In this document: positions 1-6,790 of the stretch, one piece after another | Position numbering within the stretch: the stretch's first letter is position 1 | Layout: the number at the start of each line of letters is the position of its first letter | Made by a program: the position numbers and the translations under genes | Assembly (NCBI GenBank): GCA_963775425.1 | Contig: CAVZJB010000013.1 | Location: forward strand, 128,001 to 192,000 | Length of the DNA: 64,000 nt | Reading direction: 5' to 3' | DNA from: an uncultured delta proteobacterium | GTDB taxonomy: Bacteria > Myxococcota > UBA727 > VGSZ01 | The notes under the pieces: generated by a model | The model's database searches: none | What the model was told of the DNA's origin: nothing | What the model saw: only the letters and a program-made list of their open reading frames with translations

Positions 1-2
1 AG

Positions 3-659
3 ACCTGGGAGATCACGCCGCACGGCGACGGCACCCACACCGAGGGCGTCGGCCACCTGCTCGAGGAGCGTGTCCACGTCGTCGACCTCGTCGATCAGGT
101 GCTCCTGCCGACGCTCGTCGTCACCGTGACACCGGCGCGCCTCGAGGACGTGCAGGACGACGTCGCCGGCAACCACGGCCCCGACGACCTCGTCGTCGAC
201 GAGCTGTCCTTGCGCGAGGCCCTCGACGACGCCGAGTCCCGCGCGCCGGCGTGGTTCGCGCCGCACGCCCTCGTGGTGCGCACCGCGCCCGGCGAGGAGC
301 GGCGGCGCGCGCGCTTCACCGGCGGAAACCCGCCCTACTTCAGCGTCGACGCGGCGGCCCTCGTGCACGCGCGCGGCTATGCGCACCTGCTCGTCGACCT
401 GCCGAGCCTCGATCGCGAGGACGACGGCGGGCTCCTCGCCGCCCACCGCGCCTTCTTCGACCTGCCACCGCGCGCCACGCACCTGTCGGGGGCGGCGCCG
501 CGCTCGTCGGTGACGGAGCTCGTCGCCGTCGACAGCGACGTCGAAGACGGCGCCTGGGCCCTCAACCTCCAGCTCGCTCCCCTCGCGGCCGACGCGGTGC
601 CGTCGCGCCCGCTCCTCTTTCCGCTCGTCGCACAGGCGCCGAGCTGGTTGCGCTCATGA
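3..659 (+). CDS. kynB: Cyclase-family metallohydrolase (kynurenine formamidase-like), 5' truncated by window edge
   Basis: Frame from nt 3 reads TWEITPHGDGTHTEGVGH (HxGTHxxxxxH cyclase motif), later DLPSLDRE and DAVPSRP; stop overlaps kynU start (ATGA). Confidence 0.75.
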   Translation, partial: TWEITPHGDGTHTEGVGHLLEERVHVVDLVDQVLLPTLVVTVTPARLEDVQDDVAGNHGPDDLVVDELSLREALDDAESRAPAWFAPHALVVRTAPGEERRRARFTGGNPPYFSVDAAALVHARGYAHLLVDLPSLDREDDGGLLAAHRAFFDLPPRATHLSGAAPRSSVTELVAVDSDVEDGAWALNLQLAPLAADAVPSRPLLFPLVAQAPSWLRS

Positions 660-2002
660 CGAACCCCGAAGAGCGGGGGGCAATCCCCCGCGCCACGCTC
701 GCCTCTGCCCGCGCGCTCGACGAGGCCGATCCCCTGCGGCGCTTCCGGGAGCGGTTCGCGTTCCCGCAGCACGAGGGCAAGGACGCCGTCTACCTCGTCG
801 GCAACTCGCTCGGGCTCATGCCCAAGGCCACGCGCGACGCCGTCAACCAGGAGCTCGACGCGTGGGCCGCCCTCGGGGTCGAGGGACACTTCGCGCGTTC
901 GTCGTCGTCGGGCGCCGCTCCCATCGAGCCGTGGTTTTCGTACCACGAGCTGTTCGCGAAGCGCGGCGCCGCGCTCGTGGGCGCCACGCCGGGCGAGGTG
1001 GTGGCCATGGGCTCGCTCACCACCAACCTGCACCTGTTGATGGTGAGCTTCTATCGGCCGACGTCGACCCGCTACAAGATCGTCGTCGAGCCGCGGCCGT
1101 TTCCGTCGGACCGCTACGCCGTCCTGTCTCAAGGCCACTTCCACGGCCACGACGACGCGCTCGTGGAGCTGCAGCCGCGCGACGGCGAAGATCTGTTGCG
1201 GACCGAGGACGTGCTGCGCTTCATCGACGAGCACGGCGACGAGGTCGCGCTCTTCTTGATGGCCGGCGTGAACTTCTACACGGGCCAGCTCTTCGACATC
1301 CGCGCCATCACGCGAGCCGCGCGCAACAAGGGCATCGTGGTCGGCTGGGACCTCGCCCACGCCGCCGGCAACGCACCGCTCTCGCTGCACGACGACGACG
1401 TCGACTTCGCCGCGTGGTGCACCTACAAGTACCTGAGCTCCGGGCCCGGCAGCGTCGCCATGGCGTTCGTGCACGAGCGGCACGCGCGCGACTTCGCGCT
1501 GCCGCGCTTTTGGGGCTGGTGGGGCAACGACCCGGCCACCCGCTTCGTGATGGGCCCCGACTATCAGCCGCAGCCCGGCGCCGCCGGCTGGCAGATCTCG
1601 AACGCGCCGGTGCTGTCCATGGCCGCGCTGCACGCGTCGCTCGCGATCTTCGACGAGGCCGGCATGCCCGCGCTGCGCAAGAAGTCGGAGGCGCTCACCG
1701 CGTTTCTGCTCGAGCAGCTCGACGGGCCCGGCGACGCGGGAGGCAAGCCTTCGCCCGCCGGTGGGCGCGCAGGGATCCCCGGCGTCACGTGCATCACCCC
1801 GCGCGATCCCGCCGCGCGCGGCGCCCAGCTCTCGCTGCGCACCGAGGGCAAAGACGCCGCCGCGCTGGCCAAGGCGCTCCTCGCCAAAGGCGTCTACGTC
1901 GACGAGCGCCGGCCCGACGTCATCCGCGTGGCGCCGGTGCCGCTTTACTGCACGTTCGAAGACTGCGTCCGCTTCGCCCACACCCTTCGGGAGTGCCTGT
2001 GA
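656..2002 (+). CDS. kynU: Kynureninase (PLP-dependent)
   Basis: YLVGNSLGLMPK, FPSDRYA, WDLAHAAGN, WCTYKYL (PLP Lys), RGAQLS, IRVAPVPLY; ATG at 656. Confidence 0.95.
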   Translation: MTNPEERGAIPRATLASARALDEADPLRRFRERFAFPQHEGKDAVYLVGNSLGLMPKATRDAVNQELDAWAALGVEGHFARSSSSGAAPIEPWFSYHELFAKRGAALVGATPGEVVAMGSLTTNLHLLMVSFYRPTSTRYKIVVEPRPFPSDRYAVLSQGHFHGHDDALVELQPRDGEDLLRTEDVLRFIDEHGDEVALFLMAGVNFYTGQLFDIRAITRAARNKGIVVGWDLAHAAGNAPLSLHDDDVDFAAWCTYKYLSSGPGSVAMAFVHERHARDFALPRFWGWWGNDPATRFVMGPDYQPQPGAAGWQISNAPVLSMAALHASLAIFDEAGMPALRKKSEALTAFLLEQLDGPGDAGGKPSPAGGRAGIPGVTCITPRDPAARGAQLSLRTEGKDAAALAKALLAKGVYVDERRPDVIRVAPVPLYCTFEDCVRFAHTLRECL

Positions 2003-3307
2003 CCTCCACGGCTGCACCCGCGCGCGACAAGCGCATCACCATCGCCGGCGCCGGCCTCGTCGGCTCCCTCCTCGCCATCCTCCTCGCCCGCCGCGGCTAC
2101 CGGGTCACCGTCGTCGAGCGCCGGCCGGACCCGCGCTCGGGGAACGTCGTCGGCGGGCGCTCCATCAACCTGGCGCTCTCCGATCGCGGGCTGCTCGCCC
2201 TCGAGCGCGCCGGCATCGCCGACGACGTCGCGGCCGTCGCCATCCCCATGCGAGGCCGCCTGGTACATCCGCTCGGCGGACCGACCTCGCTGTTGCCGTA
2301 CGGGACGGCGGGGCAGGCCATCAACTCGGTCTCCCGCGGCGGCCTCAACACCACGCTCATCGAGCTCGCCGCGCGCGAGAAGAACGTGACGCTGCGCTTC
2401 GGCGAGAAGTGGCAGGGCTCCGTCCGCGACGTCGGCGACGACGAGATCTCTGATCGGCGCCGACGGCGCCTTCTCCGCGGTGCGCCTGTCGATGCAGACG
2501 CAGACCGATCGCTTCGACTACAGCCAGGACTACCTGGCGCACGGCTACAAGGAGCTGTCCATCCCGCCGGGGCCGGGCGGCGCGTTTCAGCTCGACAAGA
2601 ACGCGCTGCACATCTGGCCGCGCTCGAGCTTCATGCTCATCGCCCTGCCGAACCTCGACGGCAGCTTCACCTGCACGCTGTTCCTCGAGCTCGACACCTT
2701 CGCCCAGGCCGACAAGGCGTGGTTCGCCGCGCAGTTCCCCGACGCGCTCGCGTTGATGCCCGACTTCGACGCGCAGTGGGAGACGAACCCGGTGTCGTCG
2801 CTGGTGACGGTGCGCTGCTACCCGTGGTCCTACGCGGGCCGCGCGCTCCTCGTCGGCGACGCCGCCCACGCCATCGTGCCCTTCTACGGCCAGGGCATGA
2901 ACGCGGGCTTCGAAGACTGCCGCGTGCTCATGGACACCCTCGAGCAGTGCGCGCTCCCGAGCGGGGCCGACGACTGGCCCGCCGCCCTGTCGCGCTTCGA
3001 GCGCGAGCACAAGCAAAACGCCGACGCCATCGCCCACCTCGCCGTCGAGAACTTCGTCGAGATGCGGGACAAGGTCGCGGATCCGGTGTTCTTGAAGAAG
3101 CGCGCGCTCGAGCGGCGGTTGGCCGCGCTGCTGCCCGGCAAGGTGGTTCCTCTGTACACCATGGTCACGTTTTCGCCGCGGCTCCCCTACGCCGAGGCGC
3201 TCCGTCGAGGACGGGCGCAGCAGCGCGTGCTCGACGTGGCCGCGGAGCGCCCCGACGTCGACGACGCCACTCTCCGGACGTTGGCCCTGGAATTGCTCGA
3301 GAATTGA
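1999..3307 (+). CDS. kmo: Kynurenine 3-monooxygenase, interrupted by a 1-nt frameshift near 2449
   Basis: GAGLVG FAD motif and GRSINLALSDRG in first frame; IGADGAFSAVR, HGYKEL, NALHIWPR, GDAAHAIVPFYGQGMNAGFED in second frame; GTG overlaps kynU stop. Confidence 0.9.
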
Positions 3308-3343
3308 CCGGCGTCGCCCCTCACCCGTAATGTGTGGGCGACC

Positions 3344-4138
3344 ATGGCATTCCCGCCTCGCCCCACCGCGAAGCCGCCGGCGGCAGCGCAAAAATCTGCG
3401 TCAGGCGGCGGCGCGACCAAAGCGCACCCGAAGGTGGGCGCCGACGGCAAGCTCGCCAAAAAGGAGCTGATCGAGCAGTTCACGCCGTTCGTGCGCGGCA
3501 TCGCCGCCAAGATCAAGAAGTCGCTGGCGAAGAACATCGAGTTCGACGACCTCGTCGCGTACGGCATGGCGGGCCTCCTCGAGGCCGCCGAGCGCTACGA
3601 CCCCAAGATGGGCGCGAACTTCATGACCTTCAGCTACTACCGCATCCGCGGCGCCATCTACGACGGCCTGCGCGGCATGGGCTGGGTCAACCGCACCGAG
3701 TACCAGAAGATCCGCTTCGAGGAGCGCGCCACGGCGTACCTCGAGAACCACGCGTCGCGAGAGACCGTCGGCGGCGGCGACACCAACAAGAGCGTGGAGG
3801 ACAACGTCGAGGAGCTGGCGGCGCAGGTGTCCCAGCTCGTCACGATCTACGTGACCTCGCTCGAGGCGATGGAAGATCTGCAGGTCGAGGACAAGGAGCG
3901 CATGCCCCTCGACGATCGCTTCGCCGACGTCGAGATGAAGCGGCACGTGCGCGACGCGATGGCCAAGCTCCCCCAGGCGGATCGCGAGATCATCCAGATG
4001 TACTACTTCAAGGAGCTCTCGCTGCAGGAGGTGGGCAACCGCCTCGGCCTGTCCAAGTCCTGGACCTCGCGTCGTCACGCGCAGGCCATCGAGCGGCTCA
4101 CCAAGCTCCTGCAGGAGATCTTGAAGGGCTCCACGTAG
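3344..4138 (+). CDS. fliA: FliA/WhiG-family (sigma28) RNA polymerase sigma factor
   Basis: DDLVAYGMAGLLEAAERYDP, FMTFSYYRIRGAIYDGLR (region 2); MYYFKELSLQEVGNRLGLSKSWTSRRH (region 4 HTH). Confidence 0.9.
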   Translation: MAFPPRPTAKPPAAAQKSASGGGATKAHPKVGADGKLAKKELIEQFTPFVRGIAAKIKKSLAKNIEFDDLVAYGMAGLLEAAERYDPKMGANFMTFSYYRIRGAIYDGLRGMGWVNRTEYQKIRFEERATAYLENHASRETVGGGDTNKSVEDNVEELAAQVSQLVTIYVTSLEAMEDLQVEDKERMPLDDRFADVEMKRHVRDAMAKLPQADREIIQMYYFKELSLQEVGNRLGLSKSWTSRRHAQAIERLTKLLQEILKGST

Positions 4139-4190
4139 GGCGGGGGCTCGTCCCTCGCCTTTTCCCGCATCTGTCGTACGCCGCCCGGCC

Positions 4191-4227
4191 GACGTCCGCC
4201 CACAAGGTCGCACCCGATATCGGGAGC
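4191..4227 (+). promoter_or_regulatory. Putative sigma28-like leaderless promoter (CCCGATAT 7 nt before ATG)
   Basis: 4191-4230 and 5252-5291 match at 27/40 ungapped positions including GTCC, CACAAGGT and CGATAT; resembles sigma28 -10 GCCGATAA. Confidence 0.55.
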
Positions 4228-5121
4228 ATGAGCCTGTTGGGAAAAGTCGCCGCGGTCGAGCGCTTGGTGGTTCACGCCTTCGACCCGGCGACCTCCCGCA
4301 GGCCGGCGACGACGCACGCCGCGGACAGGATGGAGGCGCCGAAGAAGAGGCGGGCGCCGACGACGTGGTGGGCGGGCCGGCCGCTGTCCGAGGGGAAGAA
4401 CGCGCACAAGACCAACACGCGCGAGCAGTTCTCCGCGGCGATGAAGGACGGCAGCAACTGGTTCGAGGGCGACATCCGCAAGGAGCTGCACGGCGACCGC
4501 GTGGAGATGCGCCACGACAAGGGCCCCGAGACCGGCGACAACCTCACGCTCAAGGAGTGGCTCGCCATGGGCAAGGCGAGCGGGCGCGGGCTGAAGCTCG
4601 ACGTCAAGGACAGCGATCAGCTCCCCGAGATCATCAAGGAGACCAAGGCCGCCGGGATCCCGAGCGGCCGCCTGATGTTCAACCTCGGCGACGGCGAGCT
4701 CGACACCTACGGCAAGCAGATCCGCAAGGAATTCCCCCATGCCGTCATGGCGATCAACACGCGCGAAGACGGCGACAAGATGGACGGCGCCGAGGTCAAG
4801 CGCATGATCGCCCACGCCAAACAGCTCGGGCAGCCGGCGACCTTCGTCGTGCGCTACGACCGGCTCACCGACGACGCCATCAAGAAGCTCCACGGCCACG
4901 GCACCATCTCGGTGTGGAACGACACCGGCCGGGGCGGCGTCTCCAAGGGCGACATCGAGCGCGTCACGCGCTCGCTGCGCCGCCGCGGCGTCGACGGCAT
5001 GATCGACATCCGCCCGAGCGAGTCGACGCTCGACAAGATCAAGGGCGGCATCGACCACGCGAAGAACGCGGCCGGCGAGTGGATCCACGGCGCGGCCGAC
5101 ACCATCACCAGCATCTTGTGA
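4228..5121 (+). CDS. FAM151/menorin (DUF2181)-like GDPD-fold protein, copy 1
   Basis: AHKTNTREQFSAAMK-NWFEGDI-EMRHD-DNLTLKEWL-GRGLKLDVK follows the FAM151 pattern H.xN..EAD..MAH..TLxEWL..GIKLDFK. Confidence 0.7.
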   Translation: MSLLGKVAAVERLVVHAFDPATSRRPATTHAADRMEAPKKRRAPTTWWAGRPLSEGKNAHKTNTREQFSAAMKDGSNWFEGDIRKELHGDRVEMRHDKGPETGDNLTLKEWLAMGKASGRGLKLDVKDSDQLPEIIKETKAAGIPSGRLMFNLGDGELDTYGKQIRKEFPHAVMAINTREDGDKMDGAEVKRMIAHAKQLGQPATFVVRYDRLTDDAIKKLHGHGTISVWNDTGRGGVSKGDIERVTRSLRRRGVDGMIDIRPSESTLDKIKGGIDHAKNAAGEWIHGAADTITSIL

Positions 5122-5251
5122 GCCTCGCGCCCGCGCGTCGCCCCGCACATCGAGTGCGCGCGCGCGAGCGGAGCGCCCACGACGGCGTGTGGGTGCATGT
5201 ACGGCGACGTGGGTGACGTGGGGTCCGGCAGTGATCTTCCCCCCAATGCCT

Positions 5252-5288
5252 GAGGTCCACACACAAGGTGCGAGGCGATATTGAAGCC
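5252..5288 (+). promoter_or_regulatory. Second copy of putative sigma28-like leaderless promoter (GGCGATAT 7 nt before ATG)
   Basis: Same blocks and identical spacing as at 4191-4227. Confidence 0.55.
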
Positions 5289-6074
5289 ATGACCCGCGTG
5301 AACTCCTTCCGGACCAACACGACGAGCAGCCTCAAGCGCCCCAAGGGCCGCGACCCGAACACGTGGTGGTGGAACCGCCCGTTGTCGGAGGCCAAGACGG
5401 CCGCGCGGACCAACACGCGACAGCAGATGTCGCAGGCGCTTCAATCGAACGCCAACTGGCTCGAGGGCGAGGTGCGCCGCGAGCTGAACGGCGGCCGCCT
5501 GCAGATGCGCCACAGCACGGGGCCGGAGCCGGGCGAGAGCCTGAGCCTCGACGAGTGGCTGGCGCTCGGCCGCGCCGCCGGCCGCGGGCTGAAGCTCGAC
5601 GTCAAGGAGCCCCAGGCCATCGACCAGGCGGTGCGCCAGGTGAAGGCCGCGGGCGTCCCGAGCGAGCGCCTGATGTGGAGCGTCGGCGACGCCGCGATGT
5701 CGACGTGGGGCGCCAAGCTCCGCCAGCAGTTCCCGCGCGCCATCCTCGCCATCTACCCGAGCGGCGAGAAGCGCCTCAACAGCGCCGACGTCGCCCGCCT
5801 GATCTCGCTCGCCAAGCGCGGCGCCGGCGGCCCCATCGCCTTCGTCATCCACGCCGACCGCCTCACCGACGAGTCCATCGAGGCGCTCAAGGCCTTCGGC
5901 AAGGTCTGCGTGTGGAGCCAGGCCGGCCGCTTCCCGAAGGAAGACCTGCTCGAGGTCGCCGACGAGTTCCGCGATCGCGGCGTCGACGGCAGCATCGAGC
6001 TGCAGCGCAACGCGCCGCTCGTGGTGAGCGGCGTGCGCGACGCCTACACGAGCGGCGGCGCCCTCAGGCGCTGA
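5289..6074 (+). CDS. FAM151/menorin (DUF2181)-like protein, copy 2 (degenerate active site)
   Basis: Clear paralogue of 4228-5121 (RPLSE, TNTR, NWLEGE, MRH, EWLALG, GRGLKLDVK, RGVDG); first His lost (AART vs AHKT), EGD to EGE. Confidence 0.7.
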   Translation: MTRVNSFRTNTTSSLKRPKGRDPNTWWWNRPLSEAKTAARTNTRQQMSQALQSNANWLEGEVRRELNGGRLQMRHSTGPEPGESLSLDEWLALGRAAGRGLKLDVKEPQAIDQAVRQVKAAGVPSERLMWSVGDAAMSTWGAKLRQQFPRAILAIYPSGEKRLNSADVARLISLAKRGAGGPIAFVIHADRLTDESIEALKAFGKVCVWSQAGRFPKEDLLEVADEFRDRGVDGSIELQRNAPLVVSGVRDAYTSGGALRR

Positions 6075-6477
6075 AGCTCGAGCCGCACCCGCAGGTGCGC
6101 TTGGCGTTGGGGTTGTTGAACTTGAAGCCGTTGCCCTGGAGCGTCTCGACGTAGTCGAGCTCCGTGCCCTTCAAGTAGCTCGCCGAGAAGGCGTCGGTGA
6201 CGATCTTGAGCTCGTTGACGAGCACGAGGATGTCCTCGTCGTCGACCTCGTCGGTGAAGTTGAGGCTGTACTGGAAGCCGGAGCAGCCGCCGCCCTTCAC
6301 GCCCACGCGCAGGAAGTCGCCGTCTTCGCCCTGGGTCTCCTCGAGGGCGGCGCGGATCATCTCGAGCGCCTTGTCGGTCATGACGATGGGGAACTCCGTC
6401 CGGGCCACCGTCTCACCGGGGAAGTCGGCCGGGGCGGGGGTCTTCTTGAAGCTGGTGAGCGCGACGGTTTCGGACAC
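6064..6477 (-). CDS. iscA: A-type Fe-S cluster carrier (IscA/ErpA/HesB family)
   Basis: LRVGVKGGGCSGFQY, GFKFNNPNAKRTCGCGSSF; GTG start with GGAGG RBS. Confidence 0.92.
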   Translation of the reverse strand: MSETVALTSFKKTPAPADFPGETVARTEFPIVMTDKALEMIRAALEETQGEDGDFLRVGVKGGGCSGFQYSLNFTDEVDDEDILVLVNELKIVTDAFSASYLKGTELDYVETLQGNGFKFNNPNAKRTCGCGSSFSA

Positions 6478-6544
6478 GGTGTGCCTCCCTCGAAGGTCAA
6501 AGCGAATGGTAGCGAGTGGCTGGCGGGGACGCCAGGACTGTCGG

Positions 6545-6730
6545 TCAGCTCTCGGCGGCCTCGTCGTCGACGGTGACGCCGACGTCGACGGGGCGGCCGG
6601 GGATGGCGTAGACGCCGCCGAGCCACTTTTGGAGGTCCACCAGCTTGCACCGCTCGGAGCAGAAGGGCGCAAAGCGGGTGCGGGTGTGGACCTCGCACTT
6701 GCACGACGGGCAACGCGGCTGGCTCGACAT
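6545..6730 (-). CDS. yacG: DNA gyrase inhibitor YacG (zinc finger)
   Basis: RCPSCK...PFCSERCKLVDLQKWLGGVYAIP; ATG at 6730. Confidence 0.9.
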   Translation of the reverse strand: MSSQPRCPSCKCEVHTRTRFAPFCSERCKLVDLQKWLGGVYAIPGRPVDVGVTVDDEAAES

Positions 6731-6790
6731 TCGTGATCCTCGTCTCAACTCTGCTAGCTTGGCGATGTCCTCGCAAGCGGAGACGCGGAC

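Noticed and set aside
2440-2460. Programmed frameshift in kmo
   Set aside because: No slippery sequence; other isolated indels in the window suggest sequence error
3344-4138. Flagellar gene cluster
   Set aside because: No flagellar, flgM or flhF/G genes in the window
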